Below are positions 47,286 through 57,494 of a stretch of DNA of 64,000 nt, one piece after another. This stretch comes from Verrucomicrobiales bacterium (GTDB lineage: Bacteria > Verrucomicrobiota > Verrucomicrobiia > Verrucomicrobiales > DEV007), in assembly GCA_035513055.1 (NCBI GenBank), contig DATKCT010000149.1:63845-127844 (forward strand). Direction: 5' to 3'. A program made the position numbers and the translations under genes. Positions within the stretch are counted from its first letter, which is position 1. Each line of letters opens with the position of its first letter. The notes under the pieces were generated by a model. It did not search any database. It had not been told where the DNA came from and saw nothing but the letters and a program-made list of their open reading frames with translations.

Positions 47286-48620
47286 ATGAGCGGTGAAGTG
47301 CGGACCCGGTTTGCGCCTTCCCCCACGGGCTATCTGCACGTGGGCGGAGCCCGCACGGCCTTGTTCAATTGGCTCTACGCCCGGCGGACCGGCGGACGTC
47401 TCATCCTCCGCATCGAGGATACCGATGTTGCGCGCAACGCCGAAGGCGGTCTGGACGCGATCCTCGGCGGCTTGCGCTGGCTGGGTCTGAATTGGGATGA
47501 AGGCCCCGAAGCCGGGGGCGACCGGGGTCCTTACTTCCAAAGCCAGCGGCGAGAAATCTACGACGCGCATCTGCGCCGGCTCGAGGAGAAGGGCGCGACC
47601 TATGAAGAGCCCGGCGGCGCGGTGCGCTTTCGGGCTTCCGGCCGCAAGGTCGTGGTGGAGGACTTGGTCTGTGGCCGCGTCGAGTTCCAACGCGACGAGC
47701 CGGACATGACCCTGCGCCGCCCTAACGGATCCTACATTTTTCACTTCGTCAACGTGGTGGACGATCTCGAAATGGGGGTGACTCACGTGATCCGCGGAGA
47801 GGATCACCTGTCCAACACGCCGAAGCACATCGAACTGTTCGAGGCGTTGGGGGCGCGGCCCCCAGTCTATGCCCACATCCCTCTGCTCCTCAACCCAGAC
47901 GGCTCCAAAATGAGCAAGCGCGACCAGGGAGCGTCGCTGGGAGACTACATCGAACGGGGATTTCTTCCGGCAGCGGTGGCGAACTATTTGGCCTTGCTGG
48001 GCTGGTCGTCGAAAGACGACCGGGAACGCTTTAGCTTGGAGGAACTGACGGAACGCTTCGATTTCAACGGCGTTCAACACGCCAACGCGAGCTTCGACTT
48101 CCGAAAATGCGTATGGCTGAACGGTCAATACTTGATGGATGTTCCGGCGGAGGACCTTTACGCAGCGAGCCGGCCTTTCCTAGAACGGGAAGGGTTACTG
48201 ACTTCGTTGGAGGACGAAGAGCTGGCGCGTGGAGCCGTTGTTTTGGTGCAAAAGAGGGTTTCCTTGCTCTCCGAAGTCCCCGCCGCGGTTCGGTTCTTCT
48301 TCAGTGAGCGCTGCGATTACGACTTGGAGGCCTTGGGGAAGTTAAGCGCAGACGCGGACGCGAGCGCGAAGCTGGCCGCTTTGCAGGAGGCGTTTGCGAA
48401 CTGCGACGGCTGGGACGAAGCGAGCCTTCGGGCAGCGCTGGCTGCGGCGGGAAACGCGGTGGCGACCGCTCAAGGCAAAATGATGTTTCCTCTTCGACTG
48501 GCGGTCACGGGCAGCGCCGCCGGTCCCGATCTGACGGCATCGCTGCTGCTGCTTGGGAAGCAAAAGGTCCTGCATCGCCTCGAGGAAACAATGGAACGAG
48601 TGGCGAGGCCTGCTCCTTGA
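47286..48620 (+). CDS. gltX: Glutamate--tRNA ligase
   Basis: RTRFAPSPTGYLHVGGARTALFNW (HIGH region), RIEDTD and KMSKR. Confidence 0.95.
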   Translation: MSGEVRTRFAPSPTGYLHVGGARTALFNWLYARRTGGRLILRIEDTDVARNAEGGLDAILGGLRWLGLNWDEGPEAGGDRGPYFQSQRREIYDAHLRRLEEKGATYEEPGGAVRFRASGRKVVVEDLVCGRVEFQRDEPDMTLRRPNGSYIFHFVNVVDDLEMGVTHVIRGEDHLSNTPKHIELFEALGARPPVYAHIPLLLNPDGSKMSKRDQGASLGDYIERGFLPAAVANYLALLGWSSKDDRERFSLEELTERFDFNGVQHANASFDFRKCVWLNGQYLMDVPAEDLYAASRPFLEREGLLTSLEDEELARGAVVLVQKRVSLLSEVPAAVRFFFSERCDYDLEALGKLSADADASAKLAALQEAFANCDGWDEASLRAALAAAGNAVATAQGKMMFPLRLAVTGSAAGPDLTASLLLLGKQKVLHRLEETMERVARPAP

Positions 48621-48650
48621 AGCGGGTTTACCCAGCCAGCTCCACGCCCT

Positions 48651-48698
48651 CGTTTAAGGTGTCAGACACTTTATCGTTTAAGGTGTCAGACACTTTAT
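48651..48698. repeat. Perfect tandem duplication of a 24-nt unit carrying the palindrome GTGTCAGACAC
   Basis: cgtttaaggtgtcagacactttat occurs twice back to back (48651-48674 and 48675-48698). It is followed by AT-rich aataaag and two GC hairpins (CCGGGAT...ATCCCGG and GGGAAGCGCTTTCCC). It lies between gltX and the LOG gene. Confidence 0.8.
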
Positions 48699-48891
48699 AA
48701 TAAAGTTGCGCCGGGATCCGGCTGAATCCCGGAGGGAAGCGCTTTCCCGCGGAGTTTCGTAGGGACTTCCGTAGCGGGGGTACGTCAGTTCGGGACAGCC
48801 GCTCCCCTCTTGTGGATTCCTTGACAGTCGCGGCGCCGCGGCGTTGGTGCCTCTCTGCGACCGCCCAATCCCCAACCGGCCCCAGCATGGA

Positions 48892-49761
48892 ATGAGCACT
48901 GATCCGTCCGCAGTTCCCTCGGCAGACAGACCGAAATCGCGGATTCAATCGCCGCCCGAACCTCACCCGGAGCCGGAGCCGACCGTTGCCGAAGTGGTCA
49001 GGTCGGAGCACAATCTCGAAGCCGAGGACACTCGCTCTTTTCTCGCCGGTCCAAGGTCGCGAGCCAGAGATTTCCTCACGGTGGCCTACGCCATCGCTGA
49101 TTTCATCCGGGCCTACCGCACTCTCCATTTCGTGGGACCGTGCGTAACCGTGTTCGGTTCGGCGCGGATCAACGAAGGCCATCCGCATTACCAACTCGGC
49201 CGCGACGTGGGGAGAATGGTCGCGGGCTTGGGATTCACGGTCATGACCGGGGGGGGCCCGGGTTTGATGGAGGCAGCGAATCGCGGGGCCCGGGAAGCGG
49301 GCGGCCGGTCGGTCGGATGCAACATCCGCTTGCCCGCAGAACAGAATCCCAACGCCTATCTCGACCGTTCAGTGACGTTGCGCTACTTCTTCGTGCGCAA
49401 GGTCATTTTGGTGAAGTATTCGTACGCTTTCGTCGTGCTGCCGGGCGGTCTCGGCACCTTGGATGAGCTTTTCGAATCCCTTACTCTAATTCAGACCGGC
49501 AAGATCTTGGATTTTCCCGTCATTCTCATGGGCACCAGCTTCTGGGAACCGGCACTGGGCATGCTGCGCCGGATGCGGGACGCGGGCACGATTTCCCCAT
49601 CCGATCTGAACTTGGTGACCGTGACCGATTCGCTGGTCCGGGCCGAAGCCGAGCTGCGGGAGCGGGCCATTCGCCAGTTCGGCCTGCGGCGGGCCCGGCA
49701 TCCGGCGCAGCGGCCTTCATGGATTCTGCGTGAATCGGGATTGAACAGGCAGCCGGACTGA
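48892..49761 (+). CDS. LOG-family protein (TIGR00730-type, lysine-decarboxylase-like nucleotide hydrolase)
   Basis: VFGSARI, MTGGGPGLMEAANRGA, and VVLPGGLGTLDELFE (the PGGxGTxxE motif). Confidence 0.9.
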   Translation: MSTDPSAVPSADRPKSRIQSPPEPHPEPEPTVAEVVRSEHNLEAEDTRSFLAGPRSRARDFLTVAYAIADFIRAYRTLHFVGPCVTVFGSARINEGHPHYQLGRDVGRMVAGLGFTVMTGGGPGLMEAANRGAREAGGRSVGCNIRLPAEQNPNAYLDRSVTLRYFFVRKVILVKYSYAFVVLPGGLGTLDELFESLTLIQTGKILDFPVILMGTSFWEPALGMLRRMRDAGTISPSDLNLVTVTDSLVRAEAELRERAIRQFGLRRARHPAQRPSWILRESGLNRQPD

Positions 49762-49930
49762 CCTCCTCGCTCAGTAGGACTACGTTCCGGTGGAGTGCGG
49801 ACCAGGTACACCCCGCGCGTGCCCCCGGGTCCACTTAAGGGCCTATACAGGAGGGAGTTCCGTCCCTGGCCGCCCGCGACCGCAATGCATTCTCGCCTCG
49901 CGCTATCTGGGCCCGGCACACGCGGCTCGC

Positions 49931-50638
49931 TCAGTTCCGGCCAGTGAAACTGAGCAGGACTTGCAGCACGTACCAGAACAAAAGGGCAACGCTGGCGAAC
50001 AATCCCAGAGAAGCAGCCACATGCTGGTCGGGCCGATAATGGTGAAGAATGTTCGAGGTCGTGTAGAGGATGGAAATGGAAGCTAGCACAATCATAGCGC
50101 CCGAGAAGATGAGTCCCAAGTTGAACCCGATCAGAATGCTGGCGACGATGAGACCCAGGGCGACGAAGAATCCAATGACGAGTACCCCGCGCAAGAAGGA
50201 GAAATCTTTCTTGGTGGTGAAGACCACCGCGGTCAGACCCGCAACGAGCAGGGCGGTGATCCAAGCGGCTTGGGAAATTACCTCCCCACCGGCGATCCGT
50301 GAGGCGAGGAAGAGCAAAGGCAGCATAATGATCGCCTCTGCAACGACGAAGAGCCCGAGGCCGAGATACTGCAGTTGCGGCGACGTGTCCGAGCGGGCCC
50401 AGCGGTCGGCGATCCAACCCACGACCATAAAGGCTCCGAGGACGAGCAACCAGGACTTGCCCGAGACCATGGTGATCGCGAAGCTCTGCATCGCGGGCAT
50501 GCCGAGGAAAATGTACTCGAGCAGGGCGAATACGCCGATGGCCGCGGCGAGATGCCCGTAGGTGCGGCGAATGAAAGTCGCGCGCACGTCCGGACTGGCT
50601 TCAGCGACGGCGACGGGAGCGTAGGAGGCGGTATTCAT
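49931..50638 (-). CDS. BAX inhibitor-1/YccA family membrane protein
   Basis: From the ATG at 50638: MNTASYAPVA...FIRRTYGHLAAAI, then seven hydrophobic segments and a C-terminal LFWYVLQ. The track's upstream extension looks non-coding. Confidence 0.85.
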   Translation of the reverse strand: MNTASYAPVAVAEASPDVRATFIRRTYGHLAAAIGVFALLEYIFLGMPAMQSFAITMVSGKSWLLVLGAFMVVGWIADRWARSDTSPQLQYLGLGLFVVAEAIIMLPLLFLASRIAGGEVISQAAWITALLVAGLTAVVFTTKKDFSFLRGVLVIGFFVALGLIVASILIGFNLGLIFSGAMIVLASISILYTTSNILHHYRPDQHVAASLGLFASVALLFWYVLQVLLSFTGRN

Positions 50639-50837
50639 AAGGATGGCTTGGCGAAAGTTCGGGAGCATGGCACGAAGGACGGGTGCTTTCAAGGGCGCCT
50701 TGCGGATTCTTTTGGTGATATAGGCAGTGCCGCCGGCAGCAGTCCGGCAATCCCGCCTTGCCGAATGGCGCCAAAAGGGGAAAAGTCCGGAATTGCGAGG
50801 GGCCCCCAAGGGTCCCCACAGCAATCGTACGCTCAGG

Positions 50838-51728
50838 ATGGTCACACAACATTTTCTGACGAAAGGCTTTGTCGTTCTGGCTGGCGCCTGGGTGGCGGCG
50901 GACGGGCTGCTGGCGGAAGATCCGAAGGTGATGAGAGAAGCGCTGCGCGTCTCCTTGACCTTTCACGCCGGTTTCGACGGCGATACGGACGCGGCCGTGG
51001 CGCGCGGCGATGCCCGGTTGTTCACTGCGGCGGCGGCGGCCACGGTCAAAGAATCCCGGCCCGGCCTGCACACGGGCGAAAAGACGCGCCTGGCCAAAGG
51101 AGCGGGGAAATACGGCGACGCCCTGGAGTTCACCGCCCGGGAGGCGCCCTTCCTGTTTTACCGGGCCGAGAAGAATGTAGTCTATCGCAAGGAAGACTGG
51201 AGTGGAACGGCGTCGTTCTGGCTACGGCTCGATCCGGAAGAGGATCTGGAACCTGGCTACTGCGACCCCATTCAGATCACCACGCGGGCGTGGAATGATG
51301 CGGCATTCTTTGTGGATTTCGACCAAGCCGGAGACCCTCGCGACTTCCGGCTCGGCGCCTTTCCCGATCTCAGCGTGTGGAATCCGGAGAACGCCGAAGT
51401 TCCAGAAGAAAAGCGACCCCTTCTCAAAGTGCGCAATCCGCCATTCGGACGGGACCGGTGGACCCACGTGGCCTTCACTTGGGAGGACTTCAACAAAGGG
51501 AACCGCGAAGGAAGGGCGACTTTCTACCTGGACGGCAAGAACCAGGGCCAGATCACGGGCTGGGAACAAACCTTTCGCTGGCGAGAGGAAGAGGAGGTCC
51601 GGCTTTATGCCGGTCTCTACTACATCGGGCTCTTCGACGAACTTTCCTGTTTCGACCGGGCGCTCACGGAAGAGGAGATCTCCTTTTTGCACGGGCTCGA
51701 AGGAGGCATCGCCGCACTAAGCAAATAG
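50838..51728 (+). CDS. Secreted LamG/concanavalin-like domain protein
   Basis: Signal-like MVTQHFLTKGFVVLAGAWVAADG. GKYGDALEF..., GTASFWLRL, RWTHVAFTW, and LYAGLYYIGLFDELSCFDRALTEEEI, which is a typical LamG_3 C-terminal pattern. Confidence 0.7.
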   Translation: MVTQHFLTKGFVVLAGAWVAADGLLAEDPKVMREALRVSLTFHAGFDGDTDAAVARGDARLFTAAAAATVKESRPGLHTGEKTRLAKGAGKYGDALEFTAREAPFLFYRAEKNVVYRKEDWSGTASFWLRLDPEEDLEPGYCDPIQITTRAWNDAAFFVDFDQAGDPRDFRLGAFPDLSVWNPENAEVPEEKRPLLKVRNPPFGRDRWTHVAFTWEDFNKGNREGRATFYLDGKNQGQITGWEQTFRWREEEEVRLYAGLYYIGLFDELSCFDRALTEEEISFLHGLEGGIAALSK

Positions 51729-51902
51729 AGAGTTTCCTAACTCGTCGAGCCGGACCGCACCGGCCTCGCTGCAGCAAGCTTGGTGGGAACACCGCGACGC
51801 CCGGCAAGAAAGGGAGCCGACGGGGAACCCGGCAGTGGACCCTGGTTGACCGGCCTCCGGATAGGCTTATTGTTTTCCACGAACCGAAACCTTTCCCGTC
51901 CT

Positions 51903-53102
51903 ATGAAAACGATGAAAACGTCTGCCGTCCTTTGCTCAACCTTGGTCCTCGGCGTGGCCTTGGCCAGCACGGCGGAGTTCGAAAAGCCCGTCCGCTTGGA
52001 AGCCGGCGGCTCCGTCATCCGGGTCGAGAGCCCCGGATACGCGGCGCCTTGCTGGGCCGACTTGGATGGCGATGGCAACCCGGATTTGCTGGTCGGACAG
52101 TTTACGGACGGGAAAATCCACGTCTTCCGGGGCATGCCCGGCGGCAAGCTGGCCTCCGGCGAATGGCTGCGGGCCGACCGGGAGGTCGCCAAGGTCCCCG
52201 GAGTTTGGTGATGCACCAGCTCGACTCCACAGTTAGTGGACCTCGACGGCGACGGACAGCGCGACATTCTCTCCGGTTCGTATTCCAGAATGGAGCGAGC
52301 CATGGCCGGCTTGTTCCAGGTTTTGTGGGGCAAGGCCGATGGTTCCTTCAAGAAGGCCGCGGTCCTCGAAGGCACGGACGGCGAACCGCTGGTCATCCCC
52401 ATTTCGGGAGAGGATCAGCAGACTGAGAACATCTGTACTCGGCCCACTGCCATCGACTGGGATGGCGACGGGGATCTCGATATCGTCACCGGGAATTTCG
52501 CGGGCACTTTCTACCTGTTTACCGGCGACGGAAACGGCAAGTTTCAGCCCAAACCGGAAATCGTGCCGGGAGAGGGCGGTCCCTTGCGGATCGTGGGCGC
52601 CCACAGCGACCCCTTCGTCGTCGACTGGGACGGAGACGGGGATTTCGACCTCCTGAGCGGCTCTTCCAGCGGCGGCGTCCAGTGGGCCGAGAACCAAGCT
52701 GGCCCCGGCAAGCCCCCGGTCTGGAGATCGTTTGTTTCGCTCATTGCCGCTCCGGCCGCGCCCGCTTACGGGCAACCCGTCGACGAAAAGGATCTCCAGG
52801 GTCCGGCTGGATCGACGAGGGTTTGGTCCAGCGATGTCGACGGCGACGGCAAGCTCGACATCCTGGCCGGGGACAGCGTGACGCTCGTCTCGCCTATTCC
52901 GGGGTTGGAAGAAAAGGAATTCGCCAAGAAGTTCGAGGCCTGGAACAAGGCCGTCCAAAAGGCCTCCGAAGAACTCAATTCCTCCTCTGATCCGGAAACG
53001 CGAGAGGCGGCGATGGAGAAGGTCAACACGCTCTACAAGCAGCGCAGCGAGTTCATGAAGGAAGATCGAACCGGGTTTGTGTGGCTTTACCGGCAGAAAT
53101 AG
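51903..53102 (+). CDS. Secreted FG-GAP/VCBS-repeat protein interrupted by one in-frame TGA at 52209-52211 (pseudogene or recoded)
   Basis: Signal peptide MKTMKTSAVLCSTLVLGVALASTA. Five DxDGDG repeats: ADLDGDGNPDLLVG, VDLDGDGQRDILSG, IDWDGDGDLDIVTG, VDWDGDGDFDLLSG and SDVDGDGKLDILAG. Track ORFs 51780-52211 and 52236-53102 are in the same frame, and the stop falls inside repeat 2. Confidence 0.7.
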
Positions 53103-53302
53103 GCGCGGGTCGCCTTTGTCGCCGGCGGCAACGAACAGGAGAGCCGAAACTGCTCCCGTATCATCAGGTCTAAGATGCCAGCGGTCCCGTCGCCGGCCCG
53201 ATCGTGAGGGCGGCTTCGTCCCTTTTTCGACTCACGTCCGCCCCACGGGACTTGGTGTGCTGCGATGGGCGATGGGGACGAGGCGTGGCGGCGGCGGCTT
53301 AC

Positions 53303-54754
53303 TTAGGCCAATAGTTCCGGCGTCACTCGGGCTCCTTGACCGTCCGTTAGACTGAACTCCCGGCCCGCATGCCGGTACGTCAGCCGCTCGTGATCGAATC
53401 CGAGCAGGTGCAATAGGGTAGCCTGATAGTCGTAGTGGCGGACGATGTCCTGCACGGCATGGTGTCCCCATTCGTCGGTGGCGCCGTGAGTGGAACCGGC
53501 CTTGAATCCGCCGCCCGCCACCCACATGGAGAAGCCATAGGTGTTGTGATCGCGGCCCATCTTCGAGCCGGTCCGGTTCTGGGCCACGGGCAGTCGTCCC
53601 ATCTCGCCACCCCAATGGACCACGGTGGTGTCCAGCAACCCCAGCGCCTCGAGATCCTTGATGAGGGCGGCGGAGGGTTGGTCCACGGCCGCGCAGGACT
53701 GCGGCAGGGCCTGCAGGATGTCGCCGTGGTGATCCCAGGACTGCCCGGCGTTCAGCAACTGAACATAGCGGACGCCGCGTTCCACCAAACGCCGGGCGAT
53801 CAAGCAACGGGTTCCGTAATCTCGCGTCAGGTCGCGATCGATTCCGTAGAGGCGCTTCGTTGCTTCGGATTCCTTCGAAACGTCGAAGGCCTCGGCTGCT
53901 GCGCTCTGCATCCGGCCGGCTAACTCATAGGAAGCAATGCGCGCTTCCAAATCGAGTTCGCCGGGATGAGCGTTCAGGTAATCGCGGTTGAGCCCTTGCA
54001 AAAAATCGAGCTGCCGCCGTTGGGCTTCTCCCCGCAGGTGTTCCGCGGGATCCAAGTTGAGTATACGCGGTTCGGCGGCGCGAACCTGCACCCCTTGGAA
54101 AACGGATGGCAGCCAACCGCAGGTCCAGTGCTGTTGGGCGAACTGCGGGAGACCGCGCGGATCGGTCATGGCCACATAAGCCGGCAGATCGCGAGTGTCC
54201 GATCCCAAGGCATAGGATACCCAGCTTCCCAGCGACGGCCGGCCCCCGCGGAACGAGCCTGTGTTCATGGCCCACATCGACTGCAGGTGATTGTTTACTC
54301 CCGTGTGCATGGAACGAATCACCGTAACGCGGTCGGCGATTTGTCCGAGATGCGGCAGCAATTCGGAGACTTCCGTCCCGCATTGCCCGTGCGCGCGGAA
54401 GCGGAATGGGCTGGCGAATACGCGCGAGGAGGCTTCGGCGGCGTTGTCATACTTGATTTTGCCGGGAAACGGTTGGCCGTCGTATTTCGCCATCCCCGGC
54501 TTTGGATCGAGGAGATCGACCTGACTGGGTCCGCCCATCATGAAGAGCGAAATCACAGCCCGGGCCCGAGGCGCTTTCGGTGGGGCTTTCGGAGTCAGGT
54601 CGTAGCGGGTCTCCTCCAGTTCCGGTTTCACCGGTCCGGCCAGCAAATGGTCGTCGCGAAGGAGCGCAGCGAGGGCCAGCGACCCGAGACTGAATGCCCC
54701 GGCTTGGTGGAAGTGACGGCGCGAACAATAGACTGAGCAGCAGCGGCGATTCAT
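53303..54754 (-). CDS. DUF1501 domain protein
   Basis: SRRHFHQAGAFSLGSLALAALL, LFMMGGPSQVDLLDPKP, GRDHNTYGFSMWVAGGGFKAG and DYQATLLHLLGFDHERLT. I use the ATG at 54754 because the track start at 54766 is a TTG. Confidence 0.9.
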   Translation of the reverse strand: MNRRCCSVYCSRRHFHQAGAFSLGSLALAALLRDDHLLAGPVKPELEETRYDLTPKAPPKAPRARAVISLFMMGGPSQVDLLDPKPGMAKYDGQPFPGKIKYDNAAEASSRVFASPFRFRAHGQCGTEVSELLPHLGQIADRVTVIRSMHTGVNNHLQSMWAMNTGSFRGGRPSLGSWVSYALGSDTRDLPAYVAMTDPRGLPQFAQQHWTCGWLPSVFQGVQVRAAEPRILNLDPAEHLRGEAQRRQLDFLQGLNRDYLNAHPGELDLEARIASYELAGRMQSAAAEAFDVSKESEATKRLYGIDRDLTRDYGTRCLIARRLVERGVRYVQLLNAGQSWDHHGDILQALPQSCAAVDQPSAALIKDLEALGLLDTTVVHWGGEMGRLPVAQNRTGSKMGRDHNTYGFSMWVAGGGFKAGSTHGATDEWGHHAVQDIVRHYDYQATLLHLLGFDHERLTYRHAGREFSLTDGQGARVTPELLA

Positions 54755-54782
54755 GTCTCGATGCAAACGGACCTATGCACTT

Positions 54783-57494
54783 TCATTCGATGTACAAAAA
54801 ACGCGATGATCCCAAGAGGGCCTGACAAAGGGTCGCCAGCGCCAGCCGATCCGCTTTCTCATCATTCGTGGAACGATCGGCGGCGGGGCTTTCCTCATTG
54901 CCGGCGAAATGTTGCCGAAACTGCGCGGATTGCGCGGTCAGATATTCTTCCGCGCGGCGGAGTTCTTCCGGGGACGGTTCATCTCCAAACGCAATCATCC
55001 AGGCCTCGCGCACTCTTGCAGAGGTTCCGGCCTGGCCGGTTCGCGCCATGAGACGATCCGCGAAACGCAGCGATTGCTCTGCCACAAAGGAATCGTTCAG
55101 CAAGGTCAACGCTTGTGAAGGAGCGACGCTGACCGAGCGCATTTCGCAGTTGGGAGCGAGCACCGGCGCATCGAAGGCTTCGAGGACCGTCAGCGGCAGG
55201 GTCCGCCGGACTTGCACGTAGACACTGCGGCGATGAGCCTCTTCACCTATCGATCCCACCAAAGTGGGATCTCCGCGAGCGTCCCGCTGCTGGTTACCTG
55301 TGACGACACGGCCGGCGTCGTCTTGGGCGACGGGCACGGGTTCGCCGTAAAGCCGGCGCTGGAGCGATCCGCTGGCCGCCAGGATGCTGTCGCGCACTGA
55401 TTCCGCCTCGAGCCGGCGCGGTTTCCAACGCGCGAGATACCGGTTCTCCGTATCAGCTTCGGCGGAAGCAGGATTGTCCGCTGACTGGCGGTAGGCCTGC
55501 GAGGTCAGGATCAGCCTCTGCAAGGACTTGAGTCGCCAGCCGCCTTCGACGAACTCACTGGCGAGCCAATCCAAGAGCCCTGGATGGGAGGGAGCATCGC
55601 CGAGCGCGCCAAAATCGCCTGGCGAAGCTACTATCCCGCGGCCGAAGTGATGCAGCCACATCCGGTTGACCAAGACGCGGGGAACCAGGGGATGCTCGCC
55701 GCCGGTGAGCCTTTTCGCATAGGCCAACCGGCGGCCGGAACTCGCCAAGGTCTCGTCTCGAACCGCGATGCGCCCTTCCTCCGGCCCTCTCAACACCTCC
55801 AGATCCGCCGGCTGGACCTCTTGACGGGGGTCGTCATGGTCGCCGCGATGGAAAACGAAGGAGGCCGGCGGATCGGCTGCTCGCTCGGTGAGAACCATGG
55901 CTTTCGGCTCGCGCGGTTTCGTCGCCCGCAGGACCGCGGCCTCGCCCTGCTTCTCCCCCACCTTCGCGTTCGCCTCCGGATCGTAAAGATCGAGAGCGCC
56001 CTGAACATCGGCGCTGGGATAAAGGGTAAACAGTTCGCGTTGTTCCGCACTCCGCTCCGAGGCCGGTGTGATTCGCGCGACGCGCGCCATTTCCCGGAGG
56101 TTCTCCGGCAATTTCGCCAGCTCCTTCTCGAAGACGGCATCCAACAGCTCTCGCCGAAGCTGCTCCGCCGCCGCATCGATCCTTCGCGCTTCCGCTTCGA
56201 TGGAACCGGCCTGCACCCGGTCCTCGTCCGAAAAGAGCGATACCAACCGGCCCTCCGGATTCCGCCAATGCTTCCAGTCGAATCCCGGCTCGAAGATTGC
56301 TCGCAACGCGTAATAATCGGCCTGCGACACTGGATCGTAGCGGTGGTCATGGCATTGGGCGCAACCAACGGTCAACCCCAGCAGAGAGGACGAGACAATG
56401 TTCACAGTTTCCGCCACGACCTGATTGCGAGCGAGATTCTGATCGGCCTCTCCATCGCCGGTTCCGTCCGGGGCCAATCGCAGGAAGCCGGTGGCGATCA
56501 ACTGCTGACGAGCCGTTGGATCTCGCATGCGCTCGGCGGCATTCTCGTGGGTTGCCTCAGCCAACTCGTCCCCGGCAAGCTGTTCGATGATGAATTCGTC
56601 CCAGGGTTTGTCTTCGTTGAAGGCCCGGATCACATAATCCCGGTAACGCCAGGCGTGGTCGCGGACGCTATCGGCTTCCGCATAGCCGTTGGAATCCGCA
56701 TAACCAGCCACATCGAGCCAATGCCGTCCCCAGCGTTCGCCATAGGCGGGCGAAGCCAGGAGCCGGTCCACCAGGCGCTCATAGGCGTCCGTCCGGAAAT
56801 CAGAAAGGAAACGTTCCACGTCTTCGGGCTCGGGCGGAAATCCTAACAAGTTCAGGTAGGTTCGCCGCGCCAATGTGCGCCGGTCCGCCTCCGGCGCCGC
56901 GATCAGACCCGCTTCCTGCATCCGGGTTTGAACAAAGGCGTCGATGGGGTTGGGCGCGCGCTTCGACTCGGGGGCCGCCGCCGTACTGAAGGGCGCCGGC
57001 GGCCGCCTCACCGGTTGAAAGGACCAAAAGGTTCTCTCTTCTTCGGTGAGGTAGAAACCGGCGGAAAGAGACTCCGGCTCCGGCCGGGCCGCGGGAGCGC
57101 CTGCGGAGATCCAGGCTTCGATCGTCGCTGCTTCCTGCGCGCTCAGCTTCTTTTCGCCTTTGGGCATGTCTCCGGAACGGATCAACCGAAGGAGAGCGCT
57201 CTCCGCGGCGACACCGGGCGTCACCACCCTCTCCCCAGTCTCAGTGTGGGCGTGGACGATGAAGCGCCGCAAGCGCAGGTCGACCCCGTTCTCGATCTCC
57301 TCGCCCTCACCGTGACAGTGAAAACAATGTGCCTTCAGGATAGGACGGACATCGTGTTCAAAGACCGGCGTGGGCGCCCGATCTCTTCTTTCGTCTGCAA
57401 ACCCGTCGCCTCCGGCCAGGACGACTCCGGCCGCCAGACCCTGACGCAATACCCTTATGAGACTTCTCATAGGGAGCCCGCTCGCGAGGCTCAT
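54783..57494 (-). CDS. PSCyt1/DUF1549/DUF1553 protein (planctomycete cytochrome c domain + PSD1)
   Basis: CFHCHGEGEE (CxxCH), PIDAFVQTRM, RWGRHWLDVAGYADSNGY, CAQCHDHRYDP and the C-terminal SRFLYIE. The ATG at 57494 overlaps the upstream gene's stop as ATGA. Confidence 0.85.
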   Translation of the reverse strand: MSLASGLPMRSLIRVLRQGLAAGVVLAGGDGFADERRDRAPTPVFEHDVRPILKAHCFHCHGEGEEIENGVDLRLRRFIVHAHTETGERVVTPGVAAESALLRLIRSGDMPKGEKKLSAQEAATIEAWISAGAPAARPEPESLSAGFYLTEEERTFWSFQPVRRPPAPFSTAAAPESKRAPNPIDAFVQTRMQEAGLIAAPEADRRTLARRTYLNLLGFPPEPEDVERFLSDFRTDAYERLVDRLLASPAYGERWGRHWLDVAGYADSNGYAEADSVRDHAWRYRDYVIRAFNEDKPWDEFIIEQLAGDELAEATHENAAERMRDPTARQQLIATGFLRLAPDGTGDGEADQNLARNQVVAETVNIVSSSLLGLTVGCAQCHDHRYDPVSQADYYALRAIFEPGFDWKHWRNPEGRLVSLFSDEDRVQAGSIEAEARRIDAAAEQLRRELLDAVFEKELAKLPENLREMARVARITPASERSAEQRELFTLYPSADVQGALDLYDPEANAKVGEKQGEAAVLRATKPREPKAMVLTERAADPPASFVFHRGDHDDPRQEVQPADLEVLRGPEEGRIAVRDETLASSGRRLAYAKRLTGGEHPLVPRVLVNRMWLHHFGRGIVASPGDFGALGDAPSHPGLLDWLASEFVEGGWRLKSLQRLILTSQAYRQSADNPASAEADTENRYLARWKPRRLEAESVRDSILAASGSLQRRLYGEPVPVAQDDAGRVVTGNQQRDARGDPTLVGSIGEEAHRRSVYVQVRRTLPLTVLEAFDAPVLAPNCEMRSVSVAPSQALTLLNDSFVAEQSLRFADRLMARTGQAGTSARVREAWMIAFGDEPSPEELRRAEEYLTAQSAQFRQHFAGNEESPAADRSTNDEKADRLALATLCQALLGSSRFLYIE

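Noticed and set aside
46929-48128. 399-aa ORF on the minus strand
   Set aside because: It lies entirely antisense to gltX, which has unambiguous HIGH and KMSKS motifs. Its composition is Arg/Ala/Pro-rich with no motifs. It is a typical shadow ORF of a GC-rich gene.
48651-48698. Possible mini-CRISPR array
   Set aside because: There are only two directly abutting 24-nt units with no spacers, and no cas genes lie in the window. I treat it as a tandem duplication or operator pair.
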